This document shows, one piece after another, positions 23,076-35,400 of a DNA stretch of 64,000 nucleotides (position 1 is the first letter of the stretch; every line of letters starts with the position of its first letter). Made by a program: the position numbers and the translations under genes. Below the pieces are notes generated by a model, which saw only the letters and a program-made list of their open reading frames with translations, searched no databases and was not told the origin of the DNA. Source of the DNA: Squalus acanthias (lineage: Eukaryota); the NCBI GenBank assembly GCA_030390025.1, contig JASTWF010000034.1, positions 434,001 through 498,000 of the forward strand. Reading direction: 5' to 3'.

Positions 23076-23200
23076 ACCTCTGGCGAAAGATCATCGACCT
23101 GAAACGTTAACTCTGTTTCTCTCTCTCTCCACCAATGCTGCCTGACCGGCTGAGGATTTCCACCATTTTGTGTTTTCATTTCAGATTTCCAAAATCCGGA
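23076..23200 (+). mobile_element. Penelope-like solo pLTR fragment with a mutated hammerhead-like core
   Basis: Matches 57125-57225 (ATCGACCTGAAACGTTAACTCTGTTTCTCTC..GCTGCCTGACC..TTTCAG). Confidence 0.75.
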
Positions 23201-24512
23201 GAATGTTGTGTTTGTTTTCACCTAATGATCGGTATGGTTACTTACACCGACTCACAGGAACAAATCCTGGCAGATCACATCCACATCTTTAAATGACTGA
23301 AATAACCGCTAATCATTCAGTTCCAGTCAGTGTCTCCTTTCCACCCTCTCCAGTTCTGCATTAGTGGCACTGCTTCTGATGGTTAAAGTAGGATTACAAG
23401 GACAATTTACATTCTCACAAAATGTTCATTCAGACAGATTTCAATACATTTATTTCCAATCAATGTTTTAAATTTGTAATTGGATCCCATGGCCGTCTGT
23501 CACAGTTCAGTGGATCTCTCAGTGAGACCCAGAGTGATTCTCTATTGCCTCCTGCTGTACTTCAGGATAAACAATCCCAGCCGATTGTAACTGAAGTACT
23601 GAGGATAAGAAAATACTTTGATATCTTCTCCTCTAATATTTTCTGCACAAGTTGGAAAGAACAGGTGAAAAAGTACAAGGATAAATCTCTTCCATTTGTG
23701 TTCAGATACTTTACAACAGCCACCGGTGGCACTGTGCCTGTGGGATAAATCATCTGATTTCGATGCTGAGAAATGCATTTAGTGGTACATTACCTGGTCA
23801 ACCATCACTAATTCAGAGTCCATTATTTGCAATGTTACTTGGCAAATCTTCCTTTCAATGAGCTACAATTTGTGTATTTCAACAAACATGCAGAAAACAC
23901 AATCTTCAAAACATATCTGACAGGCCAGTTATCTTTATAACTGCAGTACACTTGTATTTATTATCTCAGCATTGTCATATTACATCCGTACATTTTACTT
24001 ACAATTGCCTGTAATTATTGCATGCCAAGGTTGCAGTTACTTATATTGCTGTTGCATTCATTTTCAGTTCTAAATAGAATGGATATTCTAACCAGGAGCA
24101 GGAATCCAAGCGGGATTTCCCGCTCACTAACACAGAAGCGAATTGCACCGCTCCAAATGCTGACTGATCCCGGGACACGAAGGCTTCCTGAGAGGCTCTG
24201 GTCCTTTATGTCCCTGGTACCTCGGACGGTGCTTTTGTCTGCTGGGCTAAATATAGATCGATTATTTAATCTCTCCTTGATCAAACATCTGTTACTTTCA
24301 TATTGTATTTATTCCCATTTCATTTATTGATTCCACAATATATTCCCGATTATTCTTACAATAAACCCTGTATTCAGCTCCACAGGCAATAGGATTAGAT
24401 TATATAATTGAATGTCGCTCGTGAGTTGCAGATTTCAACCTGAATACCATCAAACTGCTGCCTTTGCTCCCAGCCTGATGTATAATTTCCCTAGTTATTT
24501 CCGTTTTCACAG

Positions 24513-25414
24513 TGAACTTAGTGACAATTGTGATACTGTCTCGGGGAAAGTGCGGTCTCTCCAAATGTGTCACTCGCTACCTGGTGGCCATGGCATCAGC
24601 GGATCTACTGGTCGTTATCCTCGACCTGATATTGAGGCACATTCCGATTCTTTATAGTGAACAGTTTCATTTCCTGCGGGCCATCCCCGTGTGTAATATC
24701 CACGCCGTCCTGCTGTTCGCAGCCACAGACTGTTCTGTCTGGTTCACCGTCACTTTCACCTTTGATCGATTTGTGGCCATTTGTTGCCAGAAGCTGAAAA
24801 CTAAACTTTGCACCGAGAAAACGGCAGCTGTGGTTCTGGGAACAGTGACTGTGCTGAGCGGTTTAAAGAACATCACCTGGTATTTTATGTTCACAGATCG
24901 GTATTGGCTTCGGAACATCCCCTGGTTTTGTGTGGTCACAATGGATGTTGAATATTCACTGGTCTGGGGACCAATCGAGTTCCTTCATTATATTCTCACC
25001 CCGTGTGTCCCATTTGTGGTGATTGTGCTGCTCAATGTTGTCACCGTCAGACACATTTTAGTGTCCAGCAGAGCCTGCAGGAGACTCCGGGGTCCCAGCA
25101 GTGGGGAGAGTGCCAGAGACCCAGAGATGGAGAGCCGCAGGAAATCCATCATTTTACTGCTTATTATCTCCGGCAATTTCATCCTGTTATGGGCAGTGTT
25201 TATGGTGTATTCTATAAGCAGCCGGATGTGGAATTTGGTGTATGAGTCTGGAAAACTACCTTATTATGTAATGGAAGTGGGATTCATGCTGCAGCTGCTG
25301 AGTTGCTGCACAAACACTGGGATTTATGCCGTAACCCAGACTAAGTTCAGAGAGCAGTTGAAGAATGTGGGGAAATATCCCTTTACTCTGATTGTAAAAT
25401 ACATTAAAAGATGA
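24513..25414 (+). CDS. Terminal coding exon (end of TM1 to TM7 and C-tail) of a GPR139/GPR142-like class A GPCR
   Basis: Acceptor TTTCCGTTTTCACAG|TG (phase 1); open 300-codon frame with NLVTIVIL, YLVAMASADLL, IPVC, SVWFTVTFTFDRFVAICC, PWFC, LTPCVPF..LLN, SCCTNTGIY; stop TGA at 25412-25414; no own ATG/N-terminus. Confidence 0.92.
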
Positions 25415-25621
25415 GAAAAAGCAGAGACTTTGCAGCCTGAGAGTTCCCTGGGTCTGATATTCTGGTGAGCCGCTCTCCACAGTGCAGGGCCGGCGGGGCC
25501 GGTGTTCTGGGACATTAACATTGCAATGGGGCTGGAGTCACATATTAGCTAAGGTCGGCAGATTTCCTTCCCTAAAGGCCATTAGTGAACCAGATGGGTT
25601 TTTACGACAATCATAGTCTAG

Positions 25622-26020
25622 TCTACTCAATCTCTCCTCATAGGACAATCCCCCATCCCAGGAAACAGTCTGGTGAACATTCGCTGCACTCCCTCTATGG
25701 CAAGTATATCCATCCTTAGGTAAGGCGACCAAAACTGTACACAGTACTCCAGCTGTGGTCTCACCAGGGCCCTATATAATTGCAGTAAGATGTCTTTACT
25801 TTTATAATCAAATGCTCTTGTATTAAAGGCCAACATACCATTTGCTTTCCTAATTGCTTGCTGTACCTGCAGGTTAACGTTCAGTTATTCTTGCCGAAGG
25901 AAAGCCAGGTCCCTCTGAACACCAACATTTCCCAATCTCTCACCATTTCAAAAATACTCTGCTTTTCTATTTATCCTACCAAAGTGGATAACTTCACATT
26001 TCTCCACCTTATATTCCATC
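25622..26020 (-). mobile_element. CR1 RT C-terminal fragment (short SINE piece at about 25527-25612 adjacent)
   Basis: LYRALVRPQLEYCVQFWSPYLR motif. Confidence 0.88.
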
Positions 26021-26554
26021 CACATATTACGTCCACGTAAGTTATAAGAATATTAATCCGAATGCAACCAGACAATCAACAAATATAAAGTGCTGTAGTT
26101 CTTTAATTCGCAGTATTAAAAAGAACTGAACAAAATGGGTATCCGTATTTTCAACTTCAATCACTTACATTAATAAACGTTTACTCATATGTTGACGTAA
26201 AGATTTATAATTTACCAATTTCGCTTCGAATGTTTTTCTCTCAAACATTCTCCACAATATTATTGCCTGCTCTTATCACGATTAGTGTTGAATATTTTTT
26301 ATTACTTCGCAATTAAAAGCGGGAAAGAAACATAATTGTACTCACAATTTTTAGTCTCCTACATCAAACATTCAAACCAAATCGAATTTTACGTTATCAG
26401 TTTAATGAAAGTATGTTCTTTGTCTTTCTCAATAAACAGAGGGGTTTCTTATAAAGTAGCACCCTGCAATTTTTATATATAATTACATAACTCATGTTTC
26501 TATTAACACTCCACTAAATGTTTAAGAGGAAATCTATATTACATTATGTTTTTA

Positions 26555-27655
26555 ATTTATTTTTATTCGTTTTGTGCGATCAGGGCGTCGCTGACAATGC
26601 CAGCATTTATTGCACATCCCTAGTTGCCCTTGAGAAGGTGGTGGTGAGCCGCCTACTTGAACCGCTGCAGTCCGTGTGGTGAAAGTACTCCCACTGTGCT
26701 GTTAAGGAGGGAGTTCCAGGATTTGACCCAGCGACGATGAAAGATCGGCGATATGCTTCTGAGTCAGGATGGTGTGTGACTTGGAGGGGAACTTGAAGGT
26801 GGTGGTTTCCCCATGCGCCTGCTGTCCTTGTCCTTCTAGGTGGAAGAGGTTGCGGGTTTGGGAGGTGCTGACTAAGAAGCCTTGGCGAGTTGCTGCAGTG
26901 CACACTTCAGCCACGGTACGCTGGTAGTGGAGGGGGTGATTGTTTAAGGTGGTGGATGGTCTGCCAATCAAACGGGCTGCTTTGTCCAGGATGGCATCGA
27001 GCCTCTTGAGTGTTGTTGGAGCTGCACTCATCCAGGCAAGTGAAGAGTATTCCATCACACTCCTTACTTGTGCCTTTTAGATGGTGGAAAGGCTTTGGGG
27101 AGTCAGGAGGTGAGACACTCGTCGCAGAATTACTAGCCTCTGACCTGCTCTTGTTGCCATATTATTTATGTGGCTGGTCCAGTTAAGTTTCTGGTTAATG
27201 GTGACCCCCAGGATGTTGATAGTGGGGGATCCGGCGATGGTAATGACATTGAATATCAAGGGGAGGTGGTTAGACTCTCGCTTGTTGGAGATAGACATTG
27301 CCTGGCACTTCTGTGGCGCGAATGTCACCTGCCACATATAAGCCCAAGCCTGAACGTCGTCCAGGTCTTGTTGCAAACGAGCATAGACTGCTTCATTATC
27401 TGTGGAGTTGTGAATGGCGCTCAACACTGTGCAGTCATTAGCGAACATTCTCATTTCTGACCTTATGTTGCAGGGAAGGTCACTGATGAAGCAGCTGAAG
27501 ATGGTTTGGCCTAGGACACTGCCCTGAAGAAATCCTGCAGCGATGTCCTGGGGCTGTGATGATTGAGAGTAGACTGATGGGGCAGTAATTGGCCGGGTTC
27601 GATTTGTCCTGCTTTTTTGTGGACAGGACATACCTGGGCAGATTTCAACATTACC
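26555..27655 (-). mobile_element. Second non-LTR family, 3' part (same family as 14055-14975)
   Basis: QGSVLGQTIFSCFISDLP, MFANDC, MEYSSLAWMSAAPTTLK. Confidence 0.87.
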
Positions 27656-28469
27656 CCCGAATGCTGATGTAAAGTATCCCCTTCAATGCTGTCCTCAAAC
27701 AGACAACAAAAAACATAAAATAAAGTCTAATTCCAGACGGATCTCAAATCAGAAAGTGAATAAAGTGGTTAAACTTCCTAAGAAGGCGGCGAGGTTCACT
27801 CTGTCCAGCTTTGGCGATGAGTTGGGATCAGTTTTGGAGATTTATTTTCCTCCTTTTCTGCTGCCGTTCCCTCTGTCTCTCAGACTCTGAGATACAAACG
27901 GGAGCACAAACTTTTCCCCTCTCTCGCAACATGAGTTAAATAAGCCGGATAAACTATTTCAAAAAGGGGACGAGCCCTGGCAAAATTAAACTGGAACTTA
28001 CCACGAAACATTCAACATCACTTTCCCGTATCCTTTTCCGGCTTTAAACAATTTGCAGAATTAAAAAAAACCTCAAAGTTTTGTTTCAACGCGGGGCTAA
28101 AAAATGTTTGTTTTCGCCTCCTTCCAGCGGCCATTGTACCATTGTACACGCGCTGCGCCTCCACCTGTGGTGTTCCAAAGTGCGGCCGCCGCTCAGTTCC
28201 CGGGAACGGACTACATGCGTCTCCAGGGAAAAAGTACTATGGAATCCCGAGACAACACTCGCCGGCTTCCAAGGCTCCCTATCTCAGCAAATATTGCTTC
28301 AATTCTGATCGGCTCTGTGAGGTCACAAACGGCTCTGTGATGATTCGCGGGTCATTGGGTATTGGACCCCTCCGCCCACTCCAGCTCACAGCGCCGCCTG
28401 TGAATTTCAGTGCGCGGGACCTTACAGATCGCCGCGCACCCACGCACCTTACAGGGAACATTGCACACC

Positions 28470-28620
28470 TAATCAGGCAGCATCTGTGGAGAGACAAACA
28501 GAGTTAATGTTTCAGGTCGATGACCTTTCATCAGAACTGGCAAATGTTCCAAATGTAACAGATTTTAAGCAAGTACAGAGGCAGGGAAAGGGGGGATCGG
28601 AGGAAAGAACAAAAGGGAAT
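28470..28620 (-). mobile_element. Penelope-like solo pLTR with hammerhead-like core (28502-28538)
   Basis: Minus strand AGTT-CTGATGA-A-AGGTC-ATC-GACCT-GAAA-CATT-AACT; homologous to 57060-57200. Confidence 0.75.
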
Positions 28621-28748
28621 GACTGTGCTGTACCTGCCCTGGGTGTGTTTGGTGGGATTGGGTAGCGGGAGCTTTACTCATGCTGTACTTGCCTTGGGAG
28701 AATTTAATGGCACAGTGTAGAGGGAGATTCACCCTATGCCTAACAGGT

Positions 28749-29517
28749 GCTGCAAAATGAGAGATTACACAATGGTGAGGTGCAGAGGGATATGGGTGTC
28801 CTTGTACATGAATCACAAAAAGTTGGCAAGCAGGTACAGCAAGTAATTAGGAAGGCAAATGAAGTGTTGGCCTTTATTGCAAAGGGAATGGTGTATAAAA
28901 GTAGGGAAGTCTGGTTACAACTGTACAGGGCCTTGGTGAGACCACACCTGGAGTACTGCGTTCAGTTTTGGTCTCCTTATTTCAGGAAGGATACACTTAC
29001 ATGGGAGGCAGTTGAGAGAAGGTTCATGAGGTTGATTCCGGAGATGAAGGTGTTGTCTTAAGAAGAAAGTTTGAAGCAGGTTGGGCCTATACTCATTGGA
29101 GTTTAGAAGAAAGAGAGCGGAGCTTATTGAAACATATAAGATTCTGAAGGGGCTTGACAGGGTAGATGCAGAGAGCATGTTTCCGCTCATGGGGGAATTC
29201 AGAACTAGGGGACATAGTTTCAGAATAAGGGGACACCCATTTATATCGGAAATTAGGAGGAATTTCTTCTCTCAGAGGGTCGTGAATCTTTGGAATTCTC
29301 TTCCCCAGAGAACAGTGGAGGCTGGTTCATTGAATAGATCTAAGGTGGAGATAGACAGATTATTGAAAGGTAAGGGAATCAAGGGTAGCGGGAAGGGACG
29401 TGGAGTTGAGTTGAGGCCAAGATCAGATCAGCCATGATCTTATTGAATGGTTGAGCTGGCTCGAGGGGCCAAATGACGCACTCCTGCTGCGACGTCTTAT
29501 GTTCTTATGTTCTTATG
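28749..29517 (+). mobile_element. CR1 3' fragment inserted in a ~67-bp tandem repeat remnant
   Basis: LYRALVRPHLEYCVQFWSP, NFFSQRVVNLWNSLP; tail (TTCTTATG)n. Confidence 0.92.
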
Positions 29518-29631
29518 CACCTGCCATGGCAATGTTTGATGAGACAGTGTAGAATTAGCTTTTACCTGTACCTAATGCATGCTGTACCGGCTCTTGGAGT
29601 ATTTGATGGGTAGTGTAGAAGGTACATGAAT

Positions 29632-30262
29632 CTATTACATTACATAGAATTTACATCACAGAAACATGCTATTCGGCCCAACTGCTTCATGCCGGTGATT
29701 ATGCTCTGTACGAGCCTCCTCCCACCCTACTTAATCTCACATCCTTCTATTCCTCTCTCCTTCATGTACTGATACAGCTTTCCCTAAAATGCATCTATGT
29801 TATTTGACTCAACTACTCCATGTGGTAGCGAGTTCCACAGTGGAACTAAAGGACCTGAGAACCTGCAGCTCGTACCAGATTTCAGAAGAGCAAACCTCAC
29901 CAAAATGGCAGATGATTTGGAACGGGTAAATTGGCTAATGAGACCGATGTAGAATACGAAATTACGTAGTTACGAACATACGAATCAGGAGCAGGAGTAG
30001 GCCACTCGGGTCATCCAGCCTGCTCCGCCATTCAATAAGATCATGGCTGATCTGATTACTTCTCATTCCCGCCTACCCCCGATAACCTGACACTCTCTTG
30101 TTTATCAAGAATCTATCTACATCTCCTTAAAAATATTCAGAGACTTTGCTTCAACCGTCCTCTGAGGAAGAGAGTTCCAAAGATTCAGTACCCTCTGTGA
30201 GAAAAAAAATCTCCTCATCTCTGTCTTAAATGGGCAACCCCTTATCTTTAAACAGTGACTCC
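29632..30262 (-). mobile_element. Two CR1-type 3' end fragments (about 29632-29840 and 29970-30262)
   Basis: Reverse-complement CR1 3' UTR motifs (GGAGCAGGAGTAGGCCA; ATTCGGCCCA). Confidence 0.75.
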
Positions 30263-31383
30263 TATATAATAGTCACTTGCAATGCAATAGCACATTGCAA
30301 TGAAACATCGCTGCATTATAATAGTGCTTTAAAGTGGAATCTGCCTTTGCAATGGAATCTGACTTTGCAGTATAATATTGATTTGCAATGCAATAGCACA
30401 TTGCAATGGAATATCACTTTGCAATATAATAGTCATTTGCAATGCAATAGCACTTTGCAATGGAATATAGCTTTGCAATATAATCGTCATTTGCAATGCA
30501 ATAGAACATTGCAATGGGATATCACTTTGAAATATAATAGTAATTTGAAATGCAATAGCACATTGGAATGGAATATCACTTTGCAATATAATCGCCATTT
30601 GCAATGCAAAAGCACATTGCAATAGAATTTCGCTTTGCAATATAATAGTCATTTGCAATGCAATAGTACATTGCCATGGAATATCACTTTGCAATATTAT
30701 AGTCATTTGAAATACAATAGCATTTTGCAATGTAATATCACTTTGCAATATAATAGTCATGTCAATGCAATAGCACATTATAATGGAATATCGCTTTTCA
30801 ATATAATCTTCATTTGCAATGCAATAACACATTGCAATGGAATATAACTATGCAATATTAGTGTCATTTGCAATGCAAAAGCACATCGCAATGGAAAATC
30901 AAATTGCAATATAATCAGAATTTGCAATGCAATTGAACATTTCAATGCAATATCACTTTGCAATATAATAGTAATTTGTAATGCAATAGAACATGGCAAT
31001 GGAATATCACTTTGCAAAATAATAGTCATATGCAACGCAATAGCTCATTGCAATGGAATATCACTTTGCAATATAATAGTCATGTGCAATGCAATAGCAG
31101 ATTGCAATGGACAATCAATTTGCTATATAATAGTCATTTGCAATACAATAGCACATTGCAATAGAATATCACTTTGCAATAGAATAGTCATTTTTAATGC
31201 AATAGAAAATTGCAATGGAATATCAGTTTGCAATGTAATAGTCATTTGCAATGCAATAGCAAATTGCAATGGAATATCACTTTACAATGTAATAGTCATT
31301 TGCAATGCAATAGCATATTGCAATGTAATATCGCTGTGCAGTATAATCGTCATTTGCAATTCAATGGCACATTGCAATGTAAT
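30263..31383. repeat. 54-bp minisatellite built of three 18-bp TTGCAAT subunits, about 21 copies; last unit displaced to 32955-33000
   Basis: TTGCAATGCAATAGCACA-TTGCAATGGAATATCACT-TTGCAATATAATAGTCAT. Confidence 0.93.
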
Positions 31384-32954
31384 ACCTGATGGCCTGCATC
31401 CCACGGTCTTAAAATAATTGGCTGCAGAGATAGTGGATGCTTTGGTTGTAATCTACCAAAATTACCTGGATTCTGGAATGGGAGCAGTGGATTGGAAAAC
31501 TGCAAATGTAATGCCACTATTCAAGAGAGGAGGGGGGCAGAAAGCAGAAAGCTATAGGCCAGTTAGCCTAACATAGGTCTTTGGGAAAATGCTGGAATCC
31601 ATTATTAAGGGGGTAATAGCAGGACATTTAGAAAATCATAAGAGAATCAAGCAGAGTCAACCTGGTTTTATGAAAGTGAAATCGTGTTTGACAAATTTGC
31701 TGGAGTTCTTTGAGGATGTAACAAACAGGGTGGATAAAGAGGAACCCGTGGATGTAGTGTATTTGGATTTCTAGAAGGCATTTGATAAGGTGCCACATAA
31801 AAGGTTACTGCACAAGATAAGAGCGCATGGGGATGTGGGTAATATTTTTGCATGGATAGGGGATTGGCTAACTTACAGAAAACAGAGAGTCATGAACAAT
31901 GGGTCATTTTCCGGCTGGCAATCAGTAACTAGTGGGGTGCCACAGGGATCAGTGCAGGAGCCTCAACTATTTACAATCTTTATCAATTACTTGGATGAAG
32001 GGACCGAGTGTACTGTAGCCAAATTTGCTGATGATACAAAGATAGTTGGGTTGGCAAGTTCTGAGGAGGACGCAAAGAGTCTGCAAAGGGATATGGATAG
32101 GTTAAGTGAGTGGGCAAAAACTTGGCAGATGGAGTATAATGTGGCAAAATGTGAGGTTATCCACTTTGGAAGGAAGACTGAAAACGCAAATTATTATTTA
32201 AATGAAGTGAGACTACAAAATGCTGTGGTACAAAGGTATTTGGGGGTCCTAGTACATGAAGCACGTAAAGTTAGCATGCAGGTACAGCAAGTAATTAAGA
32301 AGGCTAATGGAATGTTGGCCTTTATTGCAAGGGGTATGGATTATATAAGTAGGGAAGTTTTGATGCAAATTTACAGGGCGCTGGTGAGACTGCACCTGGA
32401 GTACTGCGTACAGTTGTGGTCTCGATATTTAAGGAAGGATACACTTGCTTTGGGGGGCAGTACAGAGAAGGTTTGCTAGGTTAATTCCTAGGATGAAGGG
32501 GTTGATGTCTGACGAAAGTTTGAGCAGGTTGGGCCAATACTCATAGGCGCTTAGAAGAATGAGAGGTTATCTTATTGAAACATATAAGATTCTGAGGGGG
32601 ATTGGAAGTGTGGATGCTGAGAGGATGTTTCCCATAGTGGGGGTATCTAGAACTAGGGGGCATAGTTTCAGACGAAGGGGTCGCTGAATTAAGTCGGAGA
32701 TGAATTAAATTTCTTCTCTCAGAAGGTCGTGAATCTTTGGAATTCTCTACCCCAGAGAGCGGTGGAGGCGGAGTCATTGAATATATTCATGGCAGAGATT
32801 GACAGACATTTGAATGAGAAGGATGTCAAGGGGTATGGGGAGAAAGCGGGAAAATAGTGCTGAAGCCAAGATTGGATCAGCCATGATCTTATTGAATGGG
32901 GGAGCAGGCTCGAGGGGCCGATTGACCTACTCATGCTCCTGTTTCTTATGTTCT
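31384..32954 (+). mobile_element. CR1 LINE, 5'-truncated, inserted in the 54-bp array
   Basis: SGVPQGSVQEPQLF, KFADDTK, IYRALVRLHLEYCVQLWS; 3' UTR. Confidence 0.94.
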
Positions 32955-35224
32955 TTCACTTTGCAATATAATCGTCATTTGCAATGCAATAGCACATTGC
33001 TCTCTTTCAAATTCTTAGAATATCTGTTCTCAATTTGTCTCAGGATCTCTCTCAGGCCTATTATTCGAGAGAGAAATGTTAAAATTAAACAGAACCTGCT
33101 CCAAAGACACAACAGATGCCGAACTAGAATGTGTGCCAACATCTTCTGCCTCATCTGGTCTGGGAACGTTGGGTTTTGTATATTCCACCGTCTCCTGTGT
33201 TTGAAGTCTCTGACGTTGGCCAGACATTTTTTAAATATTTCCTTGTCTCGGGGTGTTTACAATAAACACCTTGCATCCTGTGTCGTTCAGAACAGGAAAA
33301 GCATGTCCCTTGCCAGTGTGCTTCCCTGGGCTATCCTTGGATTAGCATGATAATGGACAGGGCCCCGAGGGAGCAAAGCCAACATGTCAATGGCTCAAGC
33401 GGTGGAATCTGCCATCTGCTCACCTGGTGGGAGGGTCCCAGTCCCAATCCATGCTCCCTCCAGGAGATGGGACATCTCTTTCAGTCTGCTGTGTGTGTTT
33501 GTTGTGCAGTTTGCAATTTCTCTCTGTCTGAATCATTAACTCTTTAGATCCTCTGGTTTCTAATCGGGGTTTGTTCGTAATGGGATGTTGTTAAGAGATT
33601 TTCTGTGTAACCGAGAGAGCGAGATCTGGGCTCTTGCTGTGCTTTTTTTGCTTTGTTTCTTAACCAATCTCCTTCTATCTCTCTTCTCCCAATGACATTT
33701 ATTATATTTGCAAAGCTGTAACAAGATGCAGAGTGAGCGAGAGAGCTTTAAGATGAGGAATGCATTGGACAAGAGATTTCTCTGCATTGGCCAATCCGAG
33801 GCCTTCGCCCCGAGCTGCACCCATGGGCCCACGTGAGTTTGTGTCTGTTTATTACCCCGGGGTTATATTTCCTCCCGGGGACCCTGGGATTCTGGTGCCT
33901 CGGGTTAACTTGTTACTGTTGAGTTGTGGGCCTTGAGTTTTCAACAAGTTTAAAGCCTGGGTTAAAGAAGCCCCAGCCTTGCAATGTGTCAGAAACATGT
34001 TAACCCCTGGTGCGGGACCAAGAGGAAAGTAAATTCCTCAACGTGAACCTGTGCAAGTCTGGTTATAATTGCAGAATAATCCTGGTGTTTTGGGCAGTGC
34101 AATGATTTTGACGGTTAAATGAGATGCGCGGTGGCCAATTTTAATCAATTTTACTGGGGTTCTCAGTGTGGATTTATTACTGTGTCTATTTCACTCCAGC
34201 TTTCTCTCTCTCTCTCTATCTTTCTCTGTCTTTCTCCATCTTTCCCTTTTATGTGGCTCGATGTGAAATTTTGTTTTATAACACTCCTGTGAAGCGCCCT
34301 GGGGGGATTTACTATATTAAAGGTACTATACAAAGATAAGATGCTGTTGTTATCTCTCTCCAGCTTTCTCTCTTTCTAGATCTCTCTCTAGATCTCTCTC
34401 TCTAGCTTTCCCTTTCTCTCTCTCTAGCTTTCTCTCACTCTCTCTGTGTAGCTTTCTCTCTCTCTCTCTCTAGCTTTCTCTCTCTCTCTCTCTGTCTCTG
34501 TCTCTCTCTCTCTCTCTCTCTAGCTTTCTCTCTCTCTCTCTCTCTAGCTTTCTCTCTCTCTGGATTTCTCTCTTTATCTCTCTCTAGCTTTCTCTCTCTC
34601 TCTCTAGCTTTCTCTCTCTCTCTCTAGCTTTCTCTCTCTCTAGATTTCTCTCTTTATCTCTCTCTAGCTATCTCTCTCTCTAGCTTTCTCTCTCTCTAGC
34701 TTTCTCTGTCTCTTTGCAAAGCAACCGAATTTTTCCCCCTTAGAATCTAAAAAATGCCGCCCACAGCATTTGTCGTCATTTTAAATGACAGAAACCTTTC
34801 AGAGTACATTTCAATCAAGATTAAAGCTGAGATAGAGAGAAAGAAACAGAGAGAGCAGATGAGTGAATGAAAAAGAGGGACAGAGATGGGAACCTGTACA
34901 GGAACAGAGAGAGGGGGAGAGTGAACAAAAGAGAGGGAGAGAGAGAGATAGTGACAGGAGGCGTTTACAGCAGACGAAAGGAAGAGTGGGCGAGGATGGG
35001 GACGTAGTAGGTCCCATTCCCCGAATCGAGCTTTTTCACTGGGGCCAGTTCTTGGCCCCGCTTGTGCTGGGCCTGAGGTTTCTCTCTCTATTTGCTTCTG
35101 TATCAGTCACTACGCAGAGTTACACACCTTTATCTCTCTCTCCCTCTGTTGGTTTCTCTCTATCACAGGACACTCAGTTGCATGCCTATCTCTACCGCCT
35201 TCTGCTGGTGTCTCTCTGATGTCG

Positions 35225-35400
35225 TCGGGACAATATTTATCCCTCAACCAAAATCACTGAAACAGACCATCCGGTTTTTATCACACTGTTGCTTGTGGGA
35301 GCTTGCTGTTCTCAAATTGGCTGCCGTGTTTCCTATAGTAGAACAGTGAATACATTTCAAAAATGAGCTCATTGGCTGTAAAGCGCTCCTGAGGTTCTGA
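35225..35400 (+). mobile_element. Deu-domain SINE fragment (SacSINE1/AmnSINE1-like); paralogous copy at about 39075-39205
   Basis: TGTGGGAGCTTGCTGT..AAATTGGCTGCCG..TTTCC..CATTGGCTGTAAAGCGCT resembles the Deu domain as recalled. Confidence 0.6.

Noticed and set aside
30230..31417. LQCNSTLQWNIT repeat protein (solenoid/antifreeze-like)
   Set aside because: Interrupted by stops and frameshifts; start codon lies in a CR1 fragment; best explained as a minisatellite
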